Shown here: piece by piece, positions 29,446-37,902 of the stretch
Position numbering within the stretch: the stretch's first letter is position 1
Layout of the letters: each line of letters begins with the position of its first letter
Assembly: GCA_902615855.1 (NCBI GenBank)
Contig: CACMQN010000001.1
Location: 81,592-145,591 of the forward strand
Length of the DNA: 64,000 nucleotides
Direction of reading: 5' to 3'
Source of the DNA: an uncultured Candidatus Actinomarina sp.
GTDB lineage: Bacteria > Actinomycetota > Acidimicrobiia > Actinomarinales > Actinomarinaceae
Notes under the pieces: model-generated
What the model was told of the DNA's origin: nothing
Databases searched by the model: none
What the model saw: the letters and a program-made list of their open reading frames with translations, nothing else
Translations under genes and position numbers: made by a program

Positions 29446-29471
29446 AACCGGGCTGAAAAATCAACCCGGTT
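29446..29471 (-). other. intercistronic stem-loop between phnD and phnC
   Basis: AACCGGG-12 nt-CCCGGTT forms a 7-bp GC-rich stem. No U-tract follows on the coding (minus) strand, so it is more likely an mRNA-stability or partial-attenuation element than a full terminator. Confidence 0.4.
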
Positions 29472-29481
29472 AAAAAATCGT

Positions 29482-30615
29482 TTATTCGTCGTAAAGTCCG
29501 AATTCTTCGGCTGCTTGTTTTACAACATCAAATTCTGAGTTATCTGCAGGTACGACATCTGTCCAACCATAAATTTCATCCATAACTGCGGCTCCTTCAT
29601 CAGTAGCCATGTAGTCAGATAATATCTGATATATTTTTGATTTTATATCTTCTGGTAAGTCAGATCTTACAGCAACAACATCATTAGGAATCTCAGCAGA
29701 AATTCCTATAGCAATAACTTTTTCACCAACATCTGGGTTAGTTTTTCTTAAAGTTCTTCTTGCATCATCATAGGTAACGCCAAATTTAGCGTCGCCATTG
29801 TACAATCCGGAAATAACTCCGTCATGAGATCCTGCAAAAACTTGCGTGATATCAGATTTGTAATCAATACCCATATTTTTCAACTGTAATGAAGGATATA
29901 GATATCCTGATGTTGAACCCTCTTCAACAAATAATACCTTTTCACCCCTTAATACATTTAAATCAGCCTCGCATGCATATCCTGGGCTGACTGTTACATC
30001 AACTCCATCAATATTTCTAACCTCTGGAATTTTTCCGTCATCACCAAAGGTCCAACCAACTTGTAATGCTTTAACATCTGGAGATTCTGTTTCAGAACCT
30101 AAAATGAGTGTTGGAACACCGTCAATATTTTCAAATGCTCCTATTACAGGTGGTGAATCACAAACACTTGCATCTGTTGTCCAGAAATTTGCGTGGTATG
30201 AACCAGAACCATATCTTACAACTTTTGCAATTGCCTCAATTCTTGTTGGGAAAACATTTAGTGCATTAACATAGCCCAAAGTATTAAATGCTCCAATGTC
30301 AGCTTGGCCAGATCCCATTGCAACTAATAAACCAGAAAAGTCACTAGTTACAAATCCTTCAACCTCAATACCAAGTCCATCAGTTAAAACTTTCATTAAT
30401 GGTTTGATATTGTCTTGAAGATCAGCTTGTTCTGCACTTGGAATGAAGCCGAATGTAATTTTATCTAAAACTTCAGCTGTAGTTACTGCTGGAGAATCTA
30501 GAGTTTCTACCTCTTCTTCAACAACTGCAGATTCTTCTACTGTCTCCTCTTCAGCACCACCGCAAGCAGCTAGTACAAGTGAGAGACAAAGAAGTATAAG
30601 AAATGTTTTTTTCAC
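29482..30615 (-). CDS. phnD: phosphonate/phosphite ABC transporter substrate-binding lipoprotein
   Basis: Lipobox LVLAACGG, an acidic linker, then the PhnD-type periplasmic binding fold (FGFIPSAE, GSTSGYLYP). GGAGGA RBS upstream. Confidence 0.8.
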   Translation of the reverse strand: MKKTFLILLCLSLVLAACGGAEEETVEESAVVEEEVETLDSPAVTTAEVLDKITFGFIPSAEQADLQDNIKPLMKVLTDGLGIEVEGFVTSDFSGLLVAMGSGQADIGAFNTLGYVNALNVFPTRIEAIAKVVRYGSGSYHANFWTTDASVCDSPPVIGAFENIDGVPTLILGSETESPDVKALQVGWTFGDDGKIPEVRNIDGVDVTVSPGYACEADLNVLRGEKVLFVEEGSTSGYLYPSLQLKNMGIDYKSDITQVFAGSHDGVISGLYNGDAKFGVTYDDARRTLRKTNPDVGEKVIAIGISAEIPNDVVAVRSDLPEDIKSKIYQILSDYMATDEGAAVMDEIYGWTDVVPADNSEFDVVKQAAEEFGLYDE

Positions 30616-30695
30616 ATTTTCCTCCGCTAGATTACACTCTCATCATACAATTTATGTCAGAAACTGCTTGAGTATTAAGTTAAAATTTTGTAAAT

Positions 30696-31157
30696 TTATA
30701 AATCGTTTGGTACGTATCCATATTCTCGCGAAAGAATATTTCCATCTGTATCAATAATTAAAGATATTGGTTGACCAATAATTTTTAAATTATCTCTCAT
30801 ATCAGATGTAGAAAACCCTATTGTGATTTCACCTTTTAAATTTTCTGATACCCAAGTCATAGTGGTGTCTACATCACTATGGGCCAATGCGATTACATCA
30901 TAGTTTTGACTAATTGCTGCTAGATTAGCTTCCAAGAGAGGCAACTCCTCTCTGCAAATTCCTCAATAATCAGCCCAGAAAACAATAAGTGTTTTCTTAT
31001 TAGTAAGATCTTCATTAACTAAATTTCCATTTTCGTCTTCGTATACAAGTTCTTGAATTGATGATGCTGATGCACCTTGAGTTGGTTCATCTGAAGTACT
31101 ATCCGATCCTGATGAACAAAAAGATAGTAGAAGCAAAAGTATAATTGTTTTTTTCAT
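30696..31157 (-). CDS. TlpA/redoxin-like thiol:disulfide oxidoreductase lipoprotein, candidate selenoprotein (UxxC) with in-frame TGA
   Basis: ORFs 30963..31157 and 30696..30944 share a frame and are joined by a single TGA (complement of 30963..30965). The junction reads LIVFWADY-U-GICREELP, the FWAxWCxxC..E.P redoxin motif. N-terminal signal peptide plus Cys (LLLLSFCSSGS). Confidence 0.6.
30935..30953 (-). promoter_or_regulatory. SECIS-like hairpin downstream of the in-frame UGA
   Basis: The mRNA reads UGA GGAAUUUGC AGAGAGG-AGUUG-CCUCUCU. The stem is a perfect 7 bp, the 5-nt apical loop contains GU, and the loop starts 16 nt after the UGA. Confidence 0.5.
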
Positions 31158-31204
31158 ACATTTATCCTAGTTATATTTAAATTAAACATTGCTAACCTAA
31201 AAAT

Positions 31205-32413
31205 ATGAAAATTGGTTTTTTAACAATTGGTACAGAAATATTGCTAGGGGATACAGTCAATACAAACCTAACGAACCTTGGCAAACGTTTATATGAAAAT
31301 GGATTTAAATTAGATAAAAATATTACTATTTCAGATCAAGTAGATGAAATTAATAATGCACTTAATTTTTTACTCAATGATTGTGATGTAGTTATCACTT
31401 CAGGAGGTCTTGGTCCTACCGAAGATGATATAACAAAGGAAACAATTTCTGAATCTTTATCATTGGAACTTGTTCTCGATGATGAACATTTAGAGTGGAT
31501 GAAAGAACGCTGGAAAGCTCGAGGGTTAATTATGCCTGAAACAAATATAAAGCAAGCTTATATTCCAGATGGTAGTGAAAAGCTAAACAACACTCAAGGA
31601 ACCGCACCTGGTATAAAAATTAATCATGACAATAAATTTATATTTATCTTTCCAGGTCCGCCAAGAGAGTTTATACCTCTTGTTGAGGATGAGTTGATCC
31701 CTTTTCTAAGTAAAAATTATGAAAAAGAAAATACGGATTATCAATTTGTTATGTTTTTTAATCAGGCAGAATCATCATTAGCTGCTGAAATAAATAAATT
31801 TAAACCAGAAGGTTTAGATATTGCTTATCTTGCAAGTAAAGGGATCATTAAATTACGATTTGATAAAAACTCTGTAACAAATGATCAATCTGATATGTTT
31901 CTGCAAAAAATAGGTGAAACATTTGAAGATGATATTTTGTCTTACAAAAATATAACAGTTGAAAAAGTACTTGGAAATTTAATTAGTGACTCAAACCTTC
32001 AAATCTCTTTTGTTGAAAGTATCACTGGGGGTTTGATTTCCTCATTGCTTGTTAAAAATCCAGGGATTAGTAAATACTTTATTGGTTCCGATATTGTTTA
32101 TACAAATGAATCAAAACATTTATTATTGAACGATGAAAATATTAATTTTGATGATTGGGAAGAATTAACATACAATCTTACAGAATCATCTTTAAATAAA
32201 TACAAATCTAGTGTAGCCCTTACAATTTTAGGGGAGGCAGGACCTATTTCATCTAGTCAATACCCTGTGGGAACAATCTTTATTTGTATTTCAAACGGAG
32301 AGAAAACAGTTATTTCGGACCATAAAATGAATGGAAATAGAGCCGAAATCTTAGAAAGAGCAGCAAATAAAGCTCAATGGGAATTGATTAAATTCATAAA
32401 AAACTTGTATTAG
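31205..32413 (+). CDS. cinA: CinA family protein (MoCF-binding domain plus nicotinamide-nucleotide amidohydrolase PncC domain)
   Basis: N-terminal IGTEILLGDTVNTN..TSGGLGPTEDDITKE and a C-terminal ESITGG block. Confidence 0.85.
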   Translation: MKIGFLTIGTEILLGDTVNTNLTNLGKRLYENGFKLDKNITISDQVDEINNALNFLLNDCDVVITSGGLGPTEDDITKETISESLSLELVLDDEHLEWMKERWKARGLIMPETNIKQAYIPDGSEKLNNTQGTAPGIKINHDNKFIFIFPGPPREFIPLVEDELIPFLSKNYEKENTDYQFVMFFNQAESSLAAEINKFKPEGLDIAYLASKGIIKLRFDKNSVTNDQSDMFLQKIGETFEDDILSYKNITVEKVLGNLISDSNLQISFVESITGGLISSLLVKNPGISKYFIGSDIVYTNESKHLLLNDENINFDDWEELTYNLTESSLNKYKSSVALTILGEAGPISSSQYPVGTIFICISNGEKTVISDHKMNGNRAEILERAANKAQWELIKFIKNLY

Positions 32414-32426
32414 AACAAATGTTCTA
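32411..32426. promoter_or_regulatory. LexA (Cheo-type) SOS box upstream of recA
   Basis: TAGAAC-AAAT-GTTCTA has perfect 6-nt inverted arms with the GAAC-N4-GTTC core. It overlaps the cinA stop codon and lies 62 nt upstream of the recA ATG. Confidence 0.75.
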
Positions 32427-32487
32427 GTAAAATTGTCTTATTAAGATGTTTTAATATAAATTAATTATTGTTAATTAAGGAGAAAAA

Positions 32488-33558
32488 ATGGATAAAGACA
32501 GGGCAAAAAAACTAGATACAGTTTTTGATCAAATAGAAAAACAATTCGGTGAAGGATCATTAATGAAACTTGGTGCCGATAACATCAAAAAAATACCAGC
32601 TATTTCTACAGGAGCACTTTCAATTGATTTAGCTTTAGGTATTGGTGGAGTTCCAAAAGGTAGAGTCATAGAAATTTATGGACCAGAAGCTTCAGGTAAA
32701 ACTACATTATCCCTTCATGTTGCAGCTGAAGCACAAAAAGCTGGGGGTGTAGCAGCATTTATTGATGCTGAACATGCTCTTGATCCCGTATATGCCAGAG
32801 CATTAGGCGTTGATGTTGATGAACTTCTTGTTTCTCAACCAGATACCGGCGAACAAGCGCTTGAAATTGCAGACATGTTAATTCAATCTGGAGGTGTAGA
32901 TCTAGTAGTTATTGACTCTGTTGCAGCATTAGTTCCAAAAGCTGAGATTGAAGGAGAAATGGGTGATACTCATGTTGGTCTTCAGGCACGATTGATGTCA
33001 CAAGCCTTGCGTAAATTAACTGGTTCAATCAATAAATCAGGTACAACTGTGATCTTTATTAACCAAATCCGTGAAAAAATTGGCGTTATGTGGGGATCTC
33101 CTGAAACAACCAGTGGTGGTAGAGCTCTTAAATTCTATTCATCTGTAAGGATTGATGTTAGAAGAATTGAAACATTAAAGGTTGGACCAGAACAAATAGG
33201 AAACCGTGTAAGAGCCAAGATCGTAAAAAATAAAGTTGCTCCACCTTTTAAGGAAGCAGAGTTTGATATTATGTTTGGTCAAGGTATATCCAGAGAAGGA
33301 AGCCTTTTAGATGTTGCAGTAGAGCACGGTATTGCTAGAAAAGCAGGAGCTTGGTTTACATATGATGAAGTTCAACTTGGTCAAGGTAAAGAGAATTCTA
33401 AGCGTTTTCTAAGAGAGAATCCCGACCTTGCTTTACAGCTAGAGACAGATGTTTATAAAGCTGTTGGTCTTATTGAATCAGATGAAATTGAAGTTGTTGA
33501 AGATGAATCAACTGAAAATGAAGATGAATCTGCAGAAGAGACTAAAAACAAAAAATAA
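32488..33558 (+). CDS. recA: recombinase RecA
   Basis: [10 protein letters not shown] Walker [11 protein letters not shown], the L1/L2 regions and an acidic C-tail. AAGGAG RBS upstream. Confidence 0.98.
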   Translation: MDKDRAKKLDTVFDQIEKQFGEGSLMKLGADNIKKIPAISTGALSIDLALGIGGVPKGRVIEIYGPEASGKTTLSLHVAAEAQKAGGVAAFIDAEHALDPVYARALGVDVDELLVSQPDTGEQALEIADMLIQSGGVDLVVIDSVAALVPKAEIEGEMGDTHVGLQARLMSQALRKLTGSINKSGTTVIFINQIREKIGVMWGSPETTSGGRALKFYSSVRIDVRRIETLKVGPEQIGNRVRAKIVKNKVAPPFKEAEFDIMFGQGISREGSLLDVAVEHGIARKAGAWFTYDEVQLGQGKENSKRFLRENPDLALQLETDVYKAVGLIESDEIEVVEDESTENEDESAEETKNKK

Positions 33559-33594
33559 CTTAATTTTCTTAATAATTTTTTTATAATTTGTTAT

Positions 33595-34968
33595 GTGAAA
33601 ACTTCTATACATATAGAAAATAAAATTAGACCAAAAGCATCTAGAAATGGTCTTAAATATCATATAAAAACTTTTGGTTGTCAGATGAATGAGCATGACT
33701 CAGAAAAAATAGCAGGAATATTTAACAATGATGGTATGACAAAATCTGATGATATAGATAATGCGGATGTACTTTTTGTTAATACTTGCACTATCAGAGA
33801 AAATGCAGATGATAAATTATATGGAACATTAGGACATTTAAAAAAATGGAAATCACTTTCACCAAATAGACGATTACTAGTTGGCGGTTGCGCAGCTCAA
33901 AAAGATAAAGAATTAGTTCGAGAGAGAGCACCTTGGGTAGACGTTGTTATTGGAACCCACAATACAACTGAAATAATTAATTTACTTAACCAGGCAGAAG
34001 ACTGGGGTCCGATTACAGAGATTATTGAAGAAACAACAGATATTGAAACTGAAATCGCCGCTGTACGTGAGTCAAGTGTAAGTGCCTTTGTTACAATTCA
34101 AATTGGCTGTAACAATAGTTGTACATTTTGTATCGTACCTTCTGTAAGAGGTATAGAGATAAGTCGAAGACCCTCAGATATTATCAATGAAATTAAAAGT
34201 CTTGCTTTTGATGGAGTTAAAGAAATAACGTTACTTGGTCAAAATGTAAATTCTTACGGTAGAGATTTAATGATCAATAATAGGAGAAAACCATATTTCA
34301 CTGAACTTCTTTACAAAATTCACGATATTGATGGTATTGAACGAATTAGATTTACATCACCTCATCCCAAAGATTTTAAAATAGAAACATTAAAAGCCGT
34401 TGCTGACTTACCAAAAGTAGCGAATCAGATTCATATTCCACTCCAAAGTGGGAGTAATAAAATATTATCTTCAATGCATAGAGGTTATAACCAAAAGAGA
34501 TTCCTTGAAAAGGTAGATTTAATTAAATCATTAATCCCTAACGTATCGATATCGTCTGATATTATTGTTGGCTTTCCTGGTGAAAACGAGGACGACTTTC
34601 TTAAAACAATGGATGTAGTTAATTATGCTGAATTTGACCTGATCTATATGTTTAAATTTTCACCTAGACCTGGAACAGTTGCGTCCGATTATGTGGACCA
34701 ATTTGTTAAAAAAGACGTTATAGATGATAGATTTATGAGATTAAAAGTTAGACAAACTGAAATCAGCGAAAAAAGGTATAAGAGATTCGTAAATACGGAT
34801 CAAACGATTCTTGTAGAGAAAGTCTCAAAAAAAGATAATAATATTCTGACAGGACGTATAGAAGGAGGTCACATAGTTCATCTTGAATCTAGCAGTGAAA
34901 ATATTGGCAAACTTTTAAATGTGAAAATATATGATTCAACACCTTTTTTCTTGAAAGCCACTTTGTAA
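33595..34968 (+). CDS. miaB: tRNA (N6-isopentenyl-A37) methylthiotransferase
   Basis: UPF0004 domain FGCQMNEHDSE, radical SAM motif GCNNSCTFCIVP, and a C-terminal TRAM domain. GTG start. Confidence 0.9.
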   Translation: MKTSIHIENKIRPKASRNGLKYHIKTFGCQMNEHDSEKIAGIFNNDGMTKSDDIDNADVLFVNTCTIRENADDKLYGTLGHLKKWKSLSPNRRLLVGGCAAQKDKELVRERAPWVDVVIGTHNTTEIINLLNQAEDWGPITEIIEETTDIETEIAAVRESSVSAFVTIQIGCNNSCTFCIVPSVRGIEISRRPSDIINEIKSLAFDGVKEITLLGQNVNSYGRDLMINNRRKPYFTELLYKIHDIDGIERIRFTSPHPKDFKIETLKAVADLPKVANQIHIPLQSGSNKILSSMHRGYNQKRFLEKVDLIKSLIPNVSISSDIIVGFPGENEDDFLKTMDVVNYAEFDLIYMFKFSPRPGTVASDYVDQFVKKDVIDDRFMRLKVRQTEISEKRYKRFVNTDQTILVEKVSKKDNNILTGRIEGGHIVHLESSSENIGKLLNVKIYDSTPFFLKATL

Positions 34969-34970
34969 TC

Positions 34971-35798
34971 TTGCTTTATTTTCTTACGGGTATTACTGCA
35001 TCAGGAAAATCAAGACTTGCTCACGAAATTGCTATTGAAAGAAGCTTTGATATAATTTCCCTTGATTCAATGGCAGTTTATAAGGGTTTGGATATTCTTA
35101 CTGCTAAACCAAGTGATGTGATGAGATCACAGGTTTTATATTACGGTCTTGATATAGCTGAACCTGATCAAAATTTTTCTGTAGTAGATTATCTCAACTA
35201 CTTAATCGAGATGGAAATTCCAGAAAAATCCTTTGAAAAAGATTATCTTGTTGTTGGTGGTACCGGTTTATATTTTCGTTCACTAATTAATAGTTTTGAG
35301 TTTAGACCCACTGATCCAGCTATACGATCCGAATTAGAACAATTAAATGTTGATCAATTGCTAAAGTTTCATGAAATGTATGAAATTAAAACACCTGATG
35401 TTGAAATTAATAAAAGAAGACTTATACGCAATATTGAGGATTCAATTTTAGAAGATGTAAAGTATGTATTCCCACCAATAAATATTCCAGAAAATATTGT
35501 TGGTATATTTTGGAATCATCCAAATTATAAAAACAGAATTAGTAAACGAACTGATGAAATGATACAACAGGGTGTCATAGATGAGATGAATGCTATTTCT
35601 AATCCTTCAAAGACTGTTCTTCAAGCTATAGGGATGAATTTAAGTAGTGACCTTGCTGAAAATATTAATTTAAAAACGAACAGGTTAGCTAAAAAACAAC
35701 TTACATGGTTTAAACAAGAAGATAGAATAAAAATTGTTGACACCGACGATGAAAAAATTATTCGTAAAGAAATGGAAATGATTATAGATGGTGAATGA
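34971..35798 (+). CDS. miaA: tRNA dimethylallyltransferase
   Basis: P-loop TGITASGKS, SLDSMAVYKGLDILTAKP, GGTGLYFRSL. TTG start. Confidence 0.85.
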   Translation: MLYFLTGITASGKSRLAHEIAIERSFDIISLDSMAVYKGLDILTAKPSDVMRSQVLYYGLDIAEPDQNFSVVDYLNYLIEMEIPEKSFEKDYLVVGGTGLYFRSLINSFEFRPTDPAIRSELEQLNVDQLLKFHEMYEIKTPDVEINKRRLIRNIEDSILEDVKYVFPPINIPENIVGIFWNHPNYKNRISKRTDEMIQQGVIDEMNAISNPSKTVLQAIGMNLSSDLAENINLKTNRLAKKQLTWFKQEDRIKIVDTDDEKIIRKEMEMIIDGE

Positions 35799-36519
35799 AT
35801 CTTATATGTCAGGAACAGGCAATGATTTTATATGTACTGAATATGATCGAGACTTGTCAGATATAGAAATTATTTCAATTGTTAGTGACTCACTTTTTCC
35901 TATCGATGGAGTGATATTGGTAGAGGGTATAGATGATTCAACTGTGAAAATGCATTATTTTAATAATGACGGAACTCCTGCTGAACTATGTGTAAATGGT
36001 GTACGTTGTACAGCAAAGTTTGCAGTAGACAATAACTTAGTAAATACTAAAAATTTAATTGTCAGAGCTCCAGTTGGTGATATAAAAGCATTTGTTGAAA
36101 ATAATTATGTAAAAATTGAAGCACCTTTTCCTACGACTGGTGGAAGTATCGAAATTGATAGTTACATATGTACGACTAGTGAAGTTGGAAATCCTCATCT
36201 TATGGTTGAAGTCGATGATGTAGAGAGATTTGATCTCGATAAATTTTCAGTAAATGCCAGAAAACTAGATGTATTTTCTAATGGTATAAATATTGAAATC
36301 TTTTCGGTTGTTGAACGCAAATTTATTTACGCAAGAGTAAACGAAAGGGGGGTTGGAGAGACAGACGCATGTGGTTCTGGAGCTTTAGCTTTGTTTACTT
36401 ATTTAAGAGAAATTAATAAAGTTGATGATAATGCAGTTGTTTTATATCCTGGTGGAGAGCTTGAACTATCTTATGAAAATGAAAAGTTGTATTTAAAAGG
36501 TGAAGTTACATATCTCTAA
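35788..36519 (+). CDS. dapF: diaminopimelate epimerase
   Basis: MSGTGNDFI, catalytic Cys contexts NGVRC and ETDACGSGA, GNPH. Confidence 0.85.
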   Translation: MVNESYMSGTGNDFICTEYDRDLSDIEIISIVSDSLFPIDGVILVEGIDDSTVKMHYFNNDGTPAELCVNGVRCTAKFAVDNNLVNTKNLIVRAPVGDIKAFVENNYVKIEAPFPTTGGSIEIDSYICTTSEVGNPHLMVEVDDVERFDLDKFSVNARKLDVFSNGINIEIFSVVERKFIYARVNERGVGETDACGSGALALFTYLREINKVDDNAVVLYPGGELELSYENEKLYLKGEVTYL

Positions 36520-37093
36520 TTAACGAAACAACTTTTCCTATAGGTTGTATATTTTCATTCACGAGAATTTTTTCATAGTTTTTATTTGCAGGTACTAGAT
36601 ATTGTTTACCCTGAATATTTTTGAGAAATTTAATAGTACCTTCTGAATTATTTATAAGAAATGCACCTATATCTCCATTTTTAATTGGTTCATTTTTATT
36701 AATAATAACTAAATCCTTTTCATGAATTCCCTCATCGATCATCGAATCTCCCGATACTGATAATGCAAATAGATTAGATTTTTCATTAGTATCTGGATAA
36801 TTCACAGTTCCTATAACGTTTTCTTCAGCCATAAGTAAAGATCCTGCAGCAATTTCTCCTAGTATCGGAATTTTCTTATTCGAAAGTTGGTTGTTTACAG
36901 TTAAAGCACGAGATTTTTTATAGTTTTTTTGGAGTAATCCTGATTGAATTAGTTTTTCAAGGTGATATTGAACTGTGCTTGTTGATTTAAGACTCACACC
37001 TTCGCAAATTTCTCTTACTGAAGGTGCAAATCCATTTTTTTCGATAAATATATTTATATAATTTAAAATATTTTTTTGTTTTTCAGACACCAC
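36506..37093 (-). CDS. lexA: SOS repressor LexA
   Basis: N-terminal winged-helix (GFAPSVREI..STSTVQYHLEKL), Ala-Gly cleavage site (GEIAAGS), VSGDSM Ser and IKFLK Lys. GTG start. Confidence 0.9.
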   Translation of the reverse strand: MVSEKQKNILNYINIFIEKNGFAPSVREICEGVSLKSTSTVQYHLEKLIQSGLLQKNYKKSRALTVNNQLSNKKIPILGEIAAGSLLMAEENVIGTVNYPDTNEKSNLFALSVSGDSMIDEGIHEKDLVIINKNEPIKNGDIGAFLINNSEGTIKFLKNIQGKQYLVPANKNYEKILVNENIQPIGKVVSLIRDM

Positions 37094-37103
37094 TACGCCA
37101 TAT

Positions 37104-37119
37104 TAGCACATATGTTCGA
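37104..37119. promoter_or_regulatory. LexA box (one-mismatch Cheo box) upstream of lexA
   Basis: TAGCAC-ATAT-GTTCGA compared with consensus TCGAAC-N4-GTTCGA. It lies 10 nt upstream of the lexA GTG, in the lexA/LysM divergent region. Confidence 0.6.
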
Positions 37120-37157
37120 ATAAAAAAAGTGTCATACGTTGTTTTTAATATATTCTT

Positions 37158-37415
37158 ATGAAAGAAAAGTTTATATTATTTACATTTTTGACAATATTTT
37201 CATTAATAACTACACCAATCATCAAAAATAAATCACTATTTACCCCAGCAAATAATGGACTTACAACTTATCAGGTACAGAAAGGTGACTCCCTTTGGGA
37301 TATAGCTTTAAAGTATGATTCAAATGATATCGAAAATTTCTTATTTGAGGCCAAAAAATTAAACAATCTTGAGAATTCCGCTATTTTTGAAGATCAAATA
37401 TTAATAATTCCGTAA
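37158..37415 (+). CDS. small secreted/membrane LysM-domain protein
   Basis: TM or signal segment, then LysM (YQVQKGDSLWDIALKY). The position between lexA and nrdR is conserved in actinobacteria (recalled). Confidence 0.7.
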   Translation: MKEKFILFTFLTIFSLITTPIIKNKSLFTPANNGLTTYQVQKGDSLWDIALKYDSNDIENFLFEAKKLNNLENSAIFEDQILIIP

Positions 37416-37458
37416 ATTATTTGTTAGAAATTCATAAGATTTCTATAATACACAATAT

Positions 37459-37899
37459 ATGGTATGTCCTTTTTGCAATACAGAAGATACTGCGGTTGTA
37501 GATTCTAGAAAAAATGTCGAGGGTGACTCAATTAGAAGACGTAGAGAGTGTTCTGCATGCAATACAAGGTTTACAACATACGAAAAATCTGAAATCGAGC
37601 TTATAGTTAAAAAAAGAAATGGTAATTTAGAAGAATTTCAATACGAAAAATTATTTAGTGGTGTAGAAAATGCTTTTGGGGGCCAAGAATTAAGTGAAAA
37701 AAAATTAAAGAACCTTGTTGAGTCAATTTATCTTGAATTAAAAAAACATGGTAAGAGTATTGAAAGTAAAATTATTGGTGAAACTGTTCTTTCACATTTA
37801 AAAAATATTAATGAAGTCGCTTATCTTCGATTTGCCTCTGTTTATAAAGAATTTTCTGCTGTCTCGGACTTTGAAAAAGAAGCAGCAGAACTAAATTGA
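37459..37899 (+). CDS. nrdR: transcriptional repressor NrdR
   Basis: N-terminal zinc ribbon CPFC...CSAC and an ATP-cone domain. Confidence 0.9.
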   Translation: MVCPFCNTEDTAVVDSRKNVEGDSIRRRRECSACNTRFTTYEKSEIELIVKKRNGNLEEFQYEKLFSGVENAFGGQELSEKKLKNLVESIYLELKKHGKSIESKIIGETVLSHLKNINEVAYLRFASVYKEFSAVSDFEKEAAELN

Positions 37900-37902
37900 T
37901 TA

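Noticed and set aside
30963-30965. Alternative explanations for the in-frame TGA: a genome-wide TGA reassignment (code 4 or 25), or a plain pseudogene.
   Set aside because: Reassignment is rejected because TGA terminates several well-delimited genes here (LLM, radical SAM, MBL hydrolase, nrdR), and because Trp or Gly would destroy the CxxC centre. A pseudogene or sequencing error cannot be excluded. It is less parsimonious given that the single lesion sits exactly at the redox Cys, both halves are intact, and a well-placed hairpin follows. It is kept as a finding, not as fact.
37450-37465. An NrdR-box-like sequence, ACACAATATATGGTAT, overlapping the nrdR start codon.
   Set aside because: Only 12 of 16 positions are self-complementary, it is a single copy (NrdR boxes normally occur as tandem pairs upstream of nrd genes), and it is AT-rich sequence in an AT-rich genome. 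The adjacent TATAAT (37444..37449) more simply suggests a promoter for a near-leaderless nrdR.
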